The notes beneath the pieces were generated by a model. The model was given only the letters and a program-made list of their open reading frames with translations. It searched no databases and was not told where the DNA came from. This document shows, one piece after another, positions 1-10,924 of a stretch of 64,000 bases of DNA (position 1 is the stretch's first letter; each line of letters begins with the position of its first letter). Source of the DNA: an uncultured delta proteobacterium (GTDB lineage Bacteria > Desulfobacterota > BSN033 > UBA1163); the NCBI GenBank assembly GCA_963708295.1, contig CAVPSJ010000014.1:1-64000 (forward strand), in the 5' to 3' direction. A program made the position numbers and the translations under genes.

Positions 1-112
1 CCTTTCGTTGAGCTCCGTGAGGGAGCGGGTTCACGTGACGTCCCGTTGAAGGACGAACCGGGTTCCGGCGGCGACCGACGCATCTCGATCGACCAGGCCC
101 CGGTCGAGCCGA

Positions 113-899
113 CTACGTGACGTCGCGACGTATCGTCCGGACGACGCCGGCGGCGAGCGGGACCGCCACCCAGAAGAGGACCGAGACCGAGATCTGCGGC
201 ACGTGACCGCCCCATTCGTTCTCGAGCACCCAGTTCCAGGTTGTGGACATGTCGATCCAGTCAGCGACCAGCGTCGATGCGGTGCCGAGCAGCGCGAACG
301 GCGACGGGGAGGGCGAAGGAGGCGGCGATGGCCGTCGCCGAGCTCTGCAGCAGCGCCCCGAGCGCGACGCCGGCGAGGACATTGAGGAGCACGAAGAGCA
401 GATAGCCGGTGATGGCGCCGACGGTCAGGTTCGCCTCCAGGGCGCGGCCCGAGGCCGACGCCAGCCCGAGGCCGGCGGCGGTGACCACCCCGCCGAAGAC
501 CGCAGCACCACCACCCAGTATCAGCGACGCCGCCAGCTTGGCGTTGACGACTCGGATGCGTCGCGGTTCCTGGGTGAACGTGGTGATGACGCTGCGTTGG
601 CTCCATTCACCGGTGAGCATCAGGATCGCCACCACGGGCAGGAGGATCACCTGCGCGAGGGCGGCAACGCTCGAGGTAGCTCGTGTAGGTCTGATCGAAG
701 CTCGTTGGGGCGAGGATCGGCGCCAGCATCATCCCTGCGGTCGACAGCGCCGACGAGAGCGAGGAGCCAGCGGGCGGCGCGGGTATCGGTGGCCTTGGCC
801 CACTCGACCCGGACAAGCCGTGGGAACGGGATCGGTCCGAGGGCCGACGACGGTGCCGCCTCGATGCCGAGGGTTCGAGGGGAGAGTGGACGTGGTCAT
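113..899 (-). CDS. ABC transporter permease (ABC-2 type), split by frameshifts
   Basis: Hydrophobic ORF pieces 261..650 (ILLPVVAILMLTGEWSQRSVITTFTQEPRR) and 113..382 join into one permease directly downstream of the ATPase; ATG at 899. Confidence 0.75.
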
Positions 900-1814
900 G
901 CTGCAGCCTCCTGGGGCGGAGCCGCCTTGGCGGCGGTGAGAGAGAAGAACAGCTGCTCCAGCCCGTTGGTCTCGGACTGACGCAACTCGGTGAGCAGCAC
1001 CTGGTGGTCGCGGGCGACGCCCGCCAGCACCTCGGTCGTGACCCGACCACCGGAGACGTCCACGGTGAGCACATCATCCGGCCCGGCGACGTAGTCGATC
1101 CGCGCAGCTTGGAGCGCCGCGGCCAGTGCAACGGGGTCGGGGCTGCGCACGAGGATCGTGGAGCTGGCAAGCAGATCGTCCAGCCGACCGGCGGCCACCA
1201 CGGCACCGTCGGAGATGACGACGAGATGATCGGCGGTGGCCTGCACCTCGTGGAGCAGGTGACTCGACAGCAGCACCGTGCCGCCATGGTCGGCGAAGTC
1301 GCGCAGGAGCGTTCGCATCCAGGCGATGCCCTCGGGATCGAGCCCGTTCGCCGGTTCATCGAGGATCAGCGCCGCCGGTTCACCGATGAGGGCCTGGGCG
1401 ATGCCGAGGCGCTGGCGCATGCCGAGTGAGTAGGTCCCGACCCGCTTCTCCGCGGCATCGGCGATCCCGACGAGGTCCAACAGGTGCTCGACCCGCCTCG
1501 TGTGAACGCCTGCCAGCCGCGCTGCGATCGTGAGCGTCGCCCGGCCACTGCGCCCGGGATGCATCGCAGACGCGTCGAGCAGCGTCCCGACCACGCGCGT
1601 CGGGTTGGGCAGCTCGACGAACGGTCGGCCGTCGATGGTCGCCGTGCCGCGATCGGGTCGCACCAGCCCGACGATCATCTTCAGCGTGGTGGACTTGCCG
1701 GCGCCGTTGGCCCCGAGGAAACCGGTGATGGTCCCGGGTTCGCAGCGCAACGAGACGTCGCGGACGACCGGAACCTTCGTTGTAGCTCTTGGTGAGAGCG
1801 GTTGTCGTGATCAT
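896..1814 (-). CDS. ABC transporter ATP-binding protein (frameshift near 5' end)
   Basis: Walker A GANGAGKST, signature YSLGMRQR, Walker B LILDEPANGLD, H-loop SSH; N-terminus MITTTALTKSY in another frame from 1814. Confidence 0.9.
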
Positions 1815-1975
1815 GTGGCCAGCCTGAACCGCCCGGTGCGCCGGCGCATCGGGCGGACGGCCACGATCCGATGTCCGAAGGGACGGCTGGCCGCTACCGA
1901 CGTCTCGCCTTTCGTTGGTTGCAGTGTCGACTTTCGTCGATGTTGCACGGGGCGCCCGGGCCGTACGCTCGGGTC

Positions 1976-3205
1976 ATGTCCTGGCTGCGCAGATGGTGGG
2001 CCCAGACCGCCCCCACGGCGATGCTGGCACCGAGCGACTCGGCTCATCCCGACACGGTGGCGCCCAGGACTGCGCGTGACTGGTCCGTCGACGCCGGTGC
2101 GTTCGTCATCGCCGCCGCTCTCGGCGCCCTCATCCTGAGCGTCACCGTGGACGACGCCGCCAATCGGATGACCTCGGGGCAGGTGGCCACCGACGCCGTG
2201 TTCGGAGCCCTCTGCTGTCTCTCACTGTGGTGGCGGCGGCGCTGGCCGTTCGGGGTGGCGCTGGTTTGCGTCCTGTTGGGCGCGTTCTCGACGTTTGGCA
2301 CGGTCGCCGGTCTGCTCGCACTGTCCTCGCTGGCTGTGCACCGCCATGTCCGGCCCGCCCTGCTCGTCGCCGCGCTGTTCGTTCCGTCCGCAGTGGTGTG
2401 CTCGATCTGGCTCGGGCGGACCAATACCTGGTCGGTGATGCTGCCGACGACGGCGCTTGCCGCCGCCGCAACCGCATGGGGCATGTTCGTCCGCGCCCGG
2501 CGTCAGCTCCTCTCCACCCTGCGCGACCGTGCCCAACGGGCCGAGGCCGATCAGCTCGTCCGCGCCGAAAGTGCCCGCCTGGCCGAGCGAACCCGCATCG
2601 CACGGGAGATGCACGACGTGCTCGCCCACCGCATCTCCCTGGTGGCGCTGCACGCCGGTGCGCTCGAGGTCGCACTCGACCTGCCTCCCGCCCAGGTGCG
2701 GGAGAGCGCAGCGCTGTTGCGGTTGACGGCCCACCAAGCGCTGGAAGAGCTGCGGGACGTGATCGGCGTGCTGCGGGAGGAGCCGGGGCAGGAGCGGCCG
2801 TCGACGGTGCCACAACCGACGTTGGCTGACATTCCACGCTTGGTGGAGGAGACTCGCCGTTCCGGCGCAAAGATCGACTTCGAGATGCAGGTGGACGGTG
2901 CAGCTGCCGCACCTGGCCCCTTGGGTCGTGACGCATACCGCATCGTGCAGGAAGCGCTGACCAACATCAGCAAGCACGCTCGCGGCACCCTCGCCCAGGT
3001 TCGCGTGGCGGGAGCGCCGAACCGCGGCCTGCACGTCAGCGTTCGGAACCCACCCGCAGTGGGCGCCCACGACCGTCCGGCTCTGCCGGGTTCCGGCACC
3101 GGCCTCCTTGGTCTGCAGGAGCGGGTGACCCTGGCCAATGGCGTCCTGGTGCACGGACCGGACGCTTCCGGTGACTTCGTCGTCGAGGCCGACCTGCCGT
3201 GGTGA
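1976..3205 (+). CDS. Membrane sensor histidine kinase (HisKA_3 / NarX-like)
   Basis: ERTRIAREMHDVLAH H-box, YRIVQEALTN N-box, GSGTGLLGLQERV G-box, N-terminal TM helices; start uncertain (ORF open from 1871). Confidence 0.9.
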   Translation: MSWLRRWWAQTAPTAMLAPSDSAHPDTVAPRTARDWSVDAGAFVIAAALGALILSVTVDDAANRMTSGQVATDAVFGALCCLSLWWRRRWPFGVALVCVLLGAFSTFGTVAGLLALSSLAVHRHVRPALLVAALFVPSAVVCSIWLGRTNTWSVMLPTTALAAAATAWGMFVRARRQLLSTLRDRAQRAEADQLVRAESARLAERTRIAREMHDVLAHRISLVALHAGALEVALDLPPAQVRESAALLRLTAHQALEELRDVIGVLREEPGQERPSTVPQPTLADIPRLVEETRRSGAKIDFEMQVDGAAAAPGPLGRDAYRIVQEALTNISKHARGTLAQVRVAGAPNRGLHVSVRNPPAVGAHDRPALPGSGTGLLGLQERVTLANGVLVHGPDASGDFVVEADLPW

Positions 3206-3852
3206 AGGTCCGGGTGCTTCTGGTCGACGACGACGCGTTGGTGCGTGCCGGTCTCCGGATGATCCTGTCGTCGTCAGAGGAGCTGGAGGTGGTGGGCGAG
3301 GCTGCCGACGGCGCCGACGCCGTCGCGGCCGCGCAGGCGCATCGACCCGATGTCGTCCTGATGGACATCCGGATGCCCGGGATGGACGGCATTGCCGCCA
3401 CGTCGGCCCTACGCCGTCTTGCGACTCCGCCGCACGTGATCGTCCTGACCACATTCCAGGCCGACGAGCATGTCATGAGCGCGCTTCGGGCCGGCGCCGA
3501 CGGGTTCCTGTTGAAGGACACCGCGCCCACGGAGATCGTCAACGCAGTGCGCCTCGTGGCTGCAGGAGAAGCGATGCTCTCACCGTCGGTCACCCGCACA
3601 CTTCTCTCTCACCTCGGCAACGACGAAATGACAGATCGCCGTCGCTTCGCTGCCCAGCGCCTGACGTCGCTCACAGACCGGGAGCGGGAGGTCGCGACTG
3701 CGGTGGGGTCCGGCGCATCCAACGCCGAGGTTGCCGCATCTCTGTTCATGAGCGAGGCCACCGTCAAAGCGCACGTCTCGCGTCTTCTCACCAAGCTCGC
3801 AGTCACGAACCGGGTGCACATCGCGATTCTCGTGCACGACGCGCAATCGTGA
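3199..3852 (+). CDS. NarL/LuxR-family response regulator
   Basis: VLLVDDD...DVVLMDIRMPGMDG receiver domain, LTDREREV...SEATVKAHVSRLLTKL HTH; overlaps kinase stop. Confidence 0.93.
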   Translation: MVKVRVLLVDDDALVRAGLRMILSSSEELEVVGEAADGADAVAAAQAHRPDVVLMDIRMPGMDGIAATSALRRLATPPHVIVLTTFQADEHVMSALRAGADGFLLKDTAPTEIVNAVRLVAAGEAMLSPSVTRTLLSHLGNDEMTDRRRFAAQRLTSLTDREREVATAVGSGASNAEVAASLFMSEATVKAHVSRLLTKLAVTNRVHIAILVHDAQS

Positions 3853-4588
3853 CTTGACCGCCATCTCCCTGAGCGCCTTCCCAGGCGGGCTATCGGCCCG
3901 GGCCGACTCCAGCGCGAGGTCGGGCTCCGCGAGCTAGCGAACCGGCCTCGGAAGGGTTCCGCTCAGAGTCTGCGATCGTGCGACGCTCGGGGCCGCCACA
4001 TAACGACGGGCGCGGCGCTCGTGGCGGTCGCGCATACCCGGCGATCGCGCGGTGCGCCGAGTGTCCCATAACCACGACGCCAACGATCCTCATGTGATGC
4101 CGATAGGCCCGATGCTTGCGTCAGCAAGCGGTCTCGAAACGTCGTGCTCGGGACGCCACACCGAACGACCAATCGGTCGTTGCCTCCCAGCCACTCGAGT
4201 GCTCGATGGCCGTGCGCCCAATGTCCGTGATGGGCGCGGCGGCGCCAGCCTGACCGTGCACAGAACGCGTCTTCTGTTCGGTGTCCGAGAACAACGGGAA
4301 TGATCCCGAAGCCGTCCGTGTCATCAAACGCCGGATCGGGCCATGGTCTCGGCCGAGTCGCACGCCATCACGGTGGGCGTTCAGTGTTTGTCGGGGCCGA
4401 GTCGGCAGGCTGGCCCAGCTCTGGCCCGTAGATCACGTCGATGGCCAGCGCGTGGCTGGGGACCGGGTTCCCGGCGGCGACGGAAGCTCGGAATGCCTGC
4501 GACTCCGCAAGGTTGCTCCTCGAAGGCGCGGCGCTGGACGTTTACGCAGCGCTGCCTTGCCGATGTGGGCACGATCGCGGTCCGACGG

Positions 4589-4991
4589 TCAGGTGGCTGA
4601 GCTGAGCTCTCGGACCCTGGCGGTGTCGGTGTGCTGCTGGAAGGTGGTGGCCTTGCCGTCGCGGAAGGTCCAGACCTGGGCCATCTTCACCGAGGCCGGC
4701 GCTCCGGTGTCCTTGTGCTTCCAGGAGAGGTGGCCGAGCGTGATGGTTGACGGTGTCACCATCGGCGACGAACTGCTCGGGCGACACGGCGAAGTGGTCG
4801 CCGATCTCTCCGAGACGCATGAAGACGCCTTCGAGCACGGCCTGGGGGCCGACGAAGGTGCCGGCGATCGGGTAGCCGTCGGGCTCGACCCACTGGATGT
4901 CGTCAGCGAAGGCGGCAAGCGCGGCGGGGACGTCGCCGGCCGCGAAGCTCGCGTAGGCCTGCTCGATGAGCTCCTTGTTCGTGGTGGTCAT
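4589..4991 (-). CDS. SnoaL-like / NTF2-like protein (one frameshift)
   Basis: MTTTNKELIEQAYASFAAGDVPAALAAFADDIQW... continues in a second frame as ...VWTFRDGKATTFQQHTDT. Confidence 0.8.
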
Positions 4992-5091
4992 CTGGAAACC
5001 CCTCTCGGCGTGGCGACGGCTGTCGCCTACAGGGAAGGCGTTCGTTCCTGACGTCCACGCGGTTCTTTCGGAACGAACCACCTCATCCTCG

Positions 5092-6448
5092 TCAGGTGGT
5101 CCAGACGATGTCGACCTTCGGTTCGTAGCAGCACTCGACGCCCGTGACGATCGACTCCTCGAGGGTGCGCGGCGACATCCGGCGCTCTTGGACGCCAGCT
5201 CCCCGATGGCGTGGCGGATCGTCCTGGTCACGTTGACGCGGGCCTTCTCGGCTGGTGAACCCGACCGCCGGGCCGGCCCCCGAGTCCCGTCGCTCGCTTG
5301 AGCTCCTCGATCAACGCCTCACGCTCGGCAGTCTGCTCAGCCTGCCGCTTGCGATCGCCGCGGAGCGCCGCCGCGTGATTCGAGCGCTCGATCCAGCTCG
5401 GCGAGGCGTTGTCGATACTTGCGGAGCGCCTCCCGATCGAGCACCGGGCCGGTGTCGGCGGTGGGGAGCGGCTGTCGCTCGATGCTCCGATGAGCGAGAG
5501 CGCGGTCACGGGTTGGTGGGGCCACGAGCAGCTCGCGGGAGGTGCCAGAGGCCCTTCAGGTCGGGCATGTGAACGTCGGTGCCGTTGTACTGGATGTGCC
5601 AGGTACCGCCGTCTGGCCGAAGCGTCGCTCGGTTCGTCGCCTCGGCCTGCAACAGCCTCCGGAGGAGCGTGTCGATCGACCAGCGATGTCGACCTCGCGT
5701 GACTCCTCGGCGAACGGGATCGTGTCGTGGAGGAGCTGCGATGCGGTCGCTATGTCGCCCTGCTTCTCGGCGACCGCAGCGACCGCGAGGAGCGACGAGG
5801 CCATCGATCCGTGTACGTAGCCCATGCGGACCGTGCCCAGCTCCTGGCGGACCTGCAGTGCCCGATCCAAGAACCTTCGCGCCGTGACGAGCTCCCCTCG
5901 TGCCTCGAACAGCTCGCCCAGGTCGTTGCAGCAGATCATCTCCCCGATCCCGGTCCCGTGCGCGGTACAGAGCTCGTTGCACTCCCTCAACGTCTCGATG
6001 GCGCCGGCCTCGTCGCCGGCCGCGTGCGGCCGGGCGTTCCCCAGCTGCCACACGCAGTAGGCCTGGCCCCACGAGCCCGGGTACCCCGACGCGAGCTCGC
6101 AGGCGGTCGTGGCGCGCGAGGGGCGGACGCCGGATCTCCGTTGATGGCGTCGCACTCCGCACGGATGCCGTGCAGCATGGCGAGGATGAGCGGCGGTTCG
6201 TCCGTGTCGACGGCGGCGACGACCTCGATCCCGGCATCGACGAGCTCGGCCGCGGCGGACCAGTCGTCGGTGTCCTGGGCGAGGAGGAAGGCCTCGCAGA
6301 ACAGGCCCGTCGCCCGCAGCTCGGCCGGTGGGTCCGGTGCCGCCTCGTGGCCTCGCTCGAGCCAGACGCGACCCTCGTGTAGCCTGCCCTGGGACCACCA
6401 GAAGAGGTTGAGGTTCGCCGCCAGCGCCAACACGGCCTCGGGGTCGCA
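5092..6448 (-). CDS. C-terminal part of a TPR/ATPase-type transcriptional regulator, frameshifted and cut at the composition junction
   Basis: Fragments FWWSQGRLHEGRVWLER, TPR-like helices, PVLDREALRKYRQRLAEL, EREALIEELKRATGLGGR, ARVNVTRTIRHAI typical of actinobacterial regulators. Confidence 0.65.
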
Positions 6449-6484
6449 GATTTTAAATTTTTAAAAAACTTTTGGAGCAAAAAA

Positions 6485-6616
6485 ATGAAATGTTATAAAT
6501 GCAATTCGGATGTGAACAGGTTAAATTATTACTTTGTACCTTCAAAAAGAAAAGAAGGCAAGAGATATTGCATTAAATGCGCAAGAGAAGAAGAAAAAAT
6601 AATTACTCTTGTATAA
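6485..6616 (+). CDS. Small CxxC...CxxC zinc-finger protein, 43 aa (not in ORF track)
   Basis: MKCYKCNSDVNRLNYYFVPSKRKEGKRYCIKCAREEEKIITLV*, GGAG upstream. Confidence 0.6.
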   Translation: MKCYKCNSDVNRLNYYFVPSKRKEGKRYCIKCAREEEKIITLV

Positions 6617-6693
6617 ATCCGGGTATCTTTAAAAATTTAATTCAAATAAATTTCAGTTTACTATTTTTAAATAATTTTTAATTTATTTTAAAA

Positions 6694-7180
6694 TTATTTT
6701 ATTTTTGTATCTATTTTTATTTTACCATTGACGGTGTCAATATCAATGCTTCTGTTGCCTGTTGATAAAGATTTATATGATCCTCTTGATGATACTTTAT
6801 TACCATTTAGATACACGTTGCCGTTAACAGTTCTGCAATTAATATTATAATCCGTTATTTTCCCAGGTAGTCCTGTTGCCTTTACTTTTCCATTTACTGC
6901 GTGAAGTTTTATATTAGTTACATCTCCGCTATCTACCGACACTAAACCGTTAATGGTACGGAAATCCAGAACTTTAATGGTGTTTCCTATTGAATAACAT
7001 CTTCCGTTAGTACTTGATGCACTGATTTGATCAATTTGACTATCAATTAATTTAATAATACCATTTTGAACACTTATATTAGCATTTGCGATCTTTACAG
7101 AATTTGTCTCAATCTTTCCGTTTATGGATTTCAGATTAAGGGTATCGATTTTTATTTTATCAGGAATCTGAACCAGTACC
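6694..7180 (-). CDS. DUF4097-like beta-strand repeat protein, C-terminal part
   Basis: Repeated (S/T)xNGxI units (SINGKI, STNGRC, TINGLV, TVNGNV, TVNGKI); the ORF-track N-terminus is an artefact of the junction. Confidence 0.7.
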
Positions 7181-7189
7181 AGATTTTGC

Positions 7190-7393
7190 TTGCTGTGGAA
7201 CCAGAACCTATGTTTAAATTTCCTGGGAGTGGAACTCACGGCCGGCGCGATCATTCCGCTTTTACTTTTTCTTTCCCCTTTCACAAAACGCTGGATTCCC
7301 GCGTACGCAATCGCCGCTGTTTTAGTCATGATCGGGATTTTTGCCATGCGATGCATCATGGTCATCGGGGGATTGACTCTTCCCTTAAGCTGA
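7190..7393 (+). CDS. NrfD/PsrC-family membrane anchor, C-terminal fragment
   Basis: FLGVELTAGAIIPLLLFL...AAVLVMIGIFAMRCIMVIGG ending typical of NrfD; directly upstream of the molybdoenzyme. Confidence 0.7.
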   Translation: MLWNQNLCLNFLGVELTAGAIIPLLLFLSPFTKRWIPAYAIAAVLVMIGIFAMRCIMVIGGLTLPLS

Positions 7394-7403
7394 AGGAATA
7401 AAG

Positions 7404-9602
7404 ATGTCCGAAATCAGCCGAAGAGACTTTATCAAATGGGGCGTTGGAGGAATGGCCGTCTTGGCCAGCGGACTTCCGAAGGAAGCGGCCCCAGTAGAAA
7501 AAGGAAAAAGCATCTCACGGACGACGGGAAGAATGCGGAAGTCGATCCCCAGTGCTTGCATGATGTGTCCCGCCAGCTGTGGGATCTTGGGATATTTAGA
7601 ATATGGAAAGGTGGTCAATATCGGGGGAAATCCACTTGATCCGAATAGCCGAGGCAGACTCTGCGCCAAAGGGATTGCAGGACTGAACCATCTTTACAAT
7701 CCCGATCGCATTCCATTTCCGCTGCGGCGGGCAGGAAAGCGGGGCGAGGGACGATGGAAGCAAATTTCATGGGACGAGGCTTTCCATGAAATCACCCTGC
7801 GGCTGAAGGCACTTCAGGCGGAAAGACAACACCACGATTTCGTCCTCCGGAATACCTGGGATTTGTCAAGTAATGATCTGGCCTGGAGATTTGCCTCTGC
7901 CTTCGATAGTTCAACGACTTTTCATCAGGCTGTTCTGGAATCTCCCAACGGAGCTTTCGCGATTCATGATGTCGCGGGCCACGCCATGGGGGTGGGGGAC
8001 GTGGCCCGCACCCGATATATCCTCAATTTCGGAGCGAATCCCTACGAGTCCCATTATTTGTACGTCCCCTTCATCCAGCGGCTGATGGATGCCAGGATCA
8101 ACCTGGGTGCAAAACTCGTCACCTTTGACGTCAGGATCTCCCAGACGGCGGGGAAAAGCGATGAATGGTTTCCGATCATTCCCGGGACCGACGGTGCAGT
8201 AGCCTTGGCGATGGCTTATGTCATTGCGAGCGAAAATCTTTGGGACCGCGGATTCATAGAACAGCAGACCAATACTTCTCCTGCGAAACTCTTGCGACAC
8301 CTCAGTGCCTATACGCCTAAGAAGGCGGAGGTCCTGAGCGGCGTGCGGGCGTCGGACATCAGACGCATTGCGCTGGAATTTGCTTCGGCAAGGCCAAGTG
8401 TGGCCATCGGGGGAGGGGGGGCTCTGAAACATGTCAACGGAACGTCAAACCAAAAGGCTATTCTCCTTCTCAATGCTGTGGTGGGGAGCCTCGATGCGAA
8501 GGGAGGGTTTGTCTTTCCCCAGGGCCATCTTCTTGATCCCCCTGATCCAAAACCTCCAAAATCGCGAAGAATGAAACCGGAGTCCCAGAACCTTTTTGTC
8601 CGGGTCTCGCAAGGGGCTCAGTCCCTCGGGGTGTTGATGACCCACATGGATAATCCCGTTTATACGGGACCGAATTCAAAGATGATTTCACACGTCCTTC
8701 AGGACGAGGGGAAAGTTCCTTTCCATGTTTCGATCGATCCATTTCTCAATGAAAGCAACCTTTTTGCAGATCTCATCCTGCCCGAGGCAACTTATTTGGA
8801 ACGGTGGGATCTCCTCTCGCCTCCTCCGATGGAAGGCATTCCTTATATTGCTTTGAGGCAACCTCTTGTCAAACCCTTGGGACAGTCTCTCCCCTTTCCA
8901 GAGATTCTCATCGAATTGGCCCATCGCGTCGGGAACGGGATGGAGCGATATTTCAGATTTGGAAGGATGGAGCACTATGTCGAAGCCATGATTCGCAAGA
9001 TTCCAAAGCTGGTGGACGCAGGGGGCATCGATTTCTTGATGGATAAGGGGATTTGGGTCGATCCGGGGACGAAACCGGGGCCAAAAAAATTAAGGACGAG
9101 CTCCGGCAAATTTGAATTTGAGCCTTTCCTCCCCTATTCTCCAATTCTTCATCACCAGCAGTTGAGAGCGAACGAATTTCATCTCACCACCTTCCAGTGG
9201 AACGTTCATTCTCATGCCCAGACTGCGAACTGCAAATGGCTTGCGGAAATTGTCTATCGAAACCCGCTCTGGATCAATGAAGAGACCGCTAAGAAAATGA
9301 GATTGAGCAATGGCGATCGGGTCAGGGTGACCTCTTCGCTGGGATCCATTATCACTCCAGTGCTTGTGACACAAGGGATTCATCCGCGGGTAGTCGCCCT
9401 CTCCGACAGCTTGGGGCGCTGGAACTATGGCCGGACTCCCCAAGGAAAACCGTTTCAAAGCCAGGATCCGGAAACCCACCTACTCTGGTGGGGAAAACAC
9501 GGAACGGGCGTTCATCCAAATCCCATCATCCCAGCCCTGCAGGACCCCTTGGGAGAAGGACAGGGATGGATGGACACAGTGATCAAGGTGGAAAAGGCCT
9601 AA
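7404..9602 (+). CDS. Tat-exported molybdopterin oxidoreductase large subunit (Psr/Phs/Arr-like, DMSO reductase superfamily)
   Basis: SRRDFIK Tat signal, CxxCxxxC...CAKG [4Fe-4S] motif, PGTDGAVALAM, ADLILPEATYLER, C-terminal molybdopterin-binding domain. Confidence 0.9.
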   Translation: MSEISRRDFIKWGVGGMAVLASGLPKEAAPVEKGKSISRTTGRMRKSIPSACMMCPASCGILGYLEYGKVVNIGGNPLDPNSRGRLCAKGIAGLNHLYNPDRIPFPLRRAGKRGEGRWKQISWDEAFHEITLRLKALQAERQHHDFVLRNTWDLSSNDLAWRFASAFDSSTTFHQAVLESPNGAFAIHDVAGHAMGVGDVARTRYILNFGANPYESHYLYVPFIQRLMDARINLGAKLVTFDVRISQTAGKSDEWFPIIPGTDGAVALAMAYVIASENLWDRGFIEQQTNTSPAKLLRHLSAYTPKKAEVLSGVRASDIRRIALEFASARPSVAIGGGGALKHVNGTSNQKAILLLNAVVGSLDAKGGFVFPQGHLLDPPDPKPPKSRRMKPESQNLFVRVSQGAQSLGVLMTHMDNPVYTGPNSKMISHVLQDEGKVPFHVSIDPFLNESNLFADLILPEATYLERWDLLSPPPMEGIPYIALRQPLVKPLGQSLPFPEILIELAHRVGNGMERYFRFGRMEHYVEAMIRKIPKLVDAGGIDFLMDKGIWVDPGTKPGPKKLRTSSGKFEFEPFLPYSPILHHQQLRANEFHLTTFQWNVHSHAQTANCKWLAEIVYRNPLWINEETAKKMRLSNGDRVRVTSSLGSIITPVLVTQGIHPRVVALSDSLGRWNYGRTPQGKPFQSQDPETHLLWWGKHGTGVHPNPIIPALQDPLGEGQGWMDTVIKVEKA

Positions 9603-9852
9603 GTCCCCCTTCTCCCTTTCTTCCCCCCCACTTGAAGGGGAGGTAGGGGGAATTTAGGCAAACAGACATTCAATGGAAATTTCGAGATGCGAATATTTCG
9701 GCGATCACGACATCAGGCGCAGAGAAGGGTAACCTGATTCAGTGATGAATTTCGAATTTCGCCTGCCTGCCGCGCTCTCGGTCAAGACCAGGGGCGATAA
9801 GCCGGCACTTCGTATTTCGGTATTATTTCTAACTCGAGGAGGAAAATCATTC

Positions 9853-10644
9853 ATGGAAACAGTTCGATGGATATCGTTAATCGTCATCCTGGGGTTTCTG
9901 GGATTGAGCTTTCTCGGTCTTGCCATCAAGATCGTCAGGCAGTATGAACGAGGCGTGGTTCTCCGGTTCGGCCGACTCATCCGAACAAGAGAGCCTGGTT
10001 TTAACCTGATCATTCCCCTTGTGGATCGCATGATCAAGGTGGAACTTCGAGTGGTCACGATGGTGGTGGAACCCCAGGTGGTCATCACCAAAGATAACGT
10101 CACCATCAAAGTGGACGCTGTGGTCTACTTTATGGTGGTGGATCCCGTTAAGGCCGTTCTGCAGGTAGCCGACTACATCAAGGCAACCACCCAGATTGCC
10201 CTTACCACGCTCCGAAGCGTCCTCGGGCAATCGGACCTCGACGAGCTTCTTTTCGAGCGGGAGAAGATCAACAAACGCTTGAGTGAGATCATCGATCAGC
10301 ATACAGAACCCTGGGGGGTCATGGTAAGCGTCGTAGAGGTGAAGGATGTTCAATTGCCCGATCCCATGCAGCGGGCGATGGCGAAACAAGCAGAGGCGGA
10401 ACGGGAAAAACGGGCCAAGGTCATCCATGCTCAGGGTGAATACCAGGCTGCAGAAACTCTTCGGCAGGCAGCCCGGATCATTTCCATGGAACCTGCTGCC
10501 CTTCAGTTACGATATCTTCAAACACTGACTGAAATCGCCGGCGAAAAGAATAGCACCATCATTCCCATTTCGTTAGACATTGCCAACGGCATCTCCGCCA
10601 TCGGAAAAAAGGTGGGTGCTCCGGGAATGCTTACGAATGAGTAG
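9853..10644 (+). CDS. SPFH / stomatin-like (band 7) protein
   Basis: [55 protein letters not shown]. Confidence 0.93.
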   Translation: METVRWISLIVILGFLGLSFLGLAIKIVRQYERGVVLRFGRLIRTREPGFNLIIPLVDRMIKVELRVVTMVVEPQVVITKDNVTIKVDAVVYFMVVDPVKAVLQVADYIKATTQIALTTLRSVLGQSDLDELLFEREKINKRLSEIIDQHTEPWGVMVSVVEVKDVQLPDPMQRAMAKQAEAEREKRAKVIHAQGEYQAAETLRQAARIISMEPAALQLRYLQTLTEIAGEKNSTIIPISLDIANGISAIGKKVGAPGMLTNE

Positions 10645-10706
10645 TCTCTTATTGATGGGATTACACGCAATATACGATAAATCTATTTTTTGATCGGGCA
10701 GATTTC

Positions 10707-10859
10707 AAATTCGAAGCACAAGGTGCGAAATGGTTTAAACTCTAAACACTAAACTCTAAATCCGAAACAAATCCAAAAGTTAAAGGACACAACGGTTTTG
10801 AGTTTTGTGTTTTCTGCATTTGAGTTTGTTTAGAGTTTAGGGTTTCGAGTTTTGAGGTT
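10707..10859. repeat. Inverted heptamer-array palindrome (AAACTCT-like / AGAGTTT-like)
   Basis: Left arm aaactct aaacact aaactct aaatccg aaacaaat; right arm tttgttt agagttt agggttt cgagttt. Confidence 0.75.
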
Positions 10860-10924
10860 AACGTCTTTGTTTCGGATCGGAAGATCCGTCTAGTTCCGGC
10901 TATGACGGTCAGGAGGAACAGGCT

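Larger units (their letters stand above)
6447..7187. other. AT-rich foreign fragment between two unrelated sequences (probable contig concatenation or chimera)
   Basis: Abrupt composition switch at ~6450 and ~7185; genes on both sides are truncated at the switches. Confidence 0.8.

Noticed and set aside
31-6480. Numerous overlapping Arg/Pro/Ala-rich ORFs in the GC-rich part
   Set aside because: Shadow frames of real genes in high-GC DNA; no motifs
6694-7365. 223-aa ORF as a single gene
   Set aside because: Its N-terminal ~60 aa are the antisense of the NrfD-like fragment across the junction
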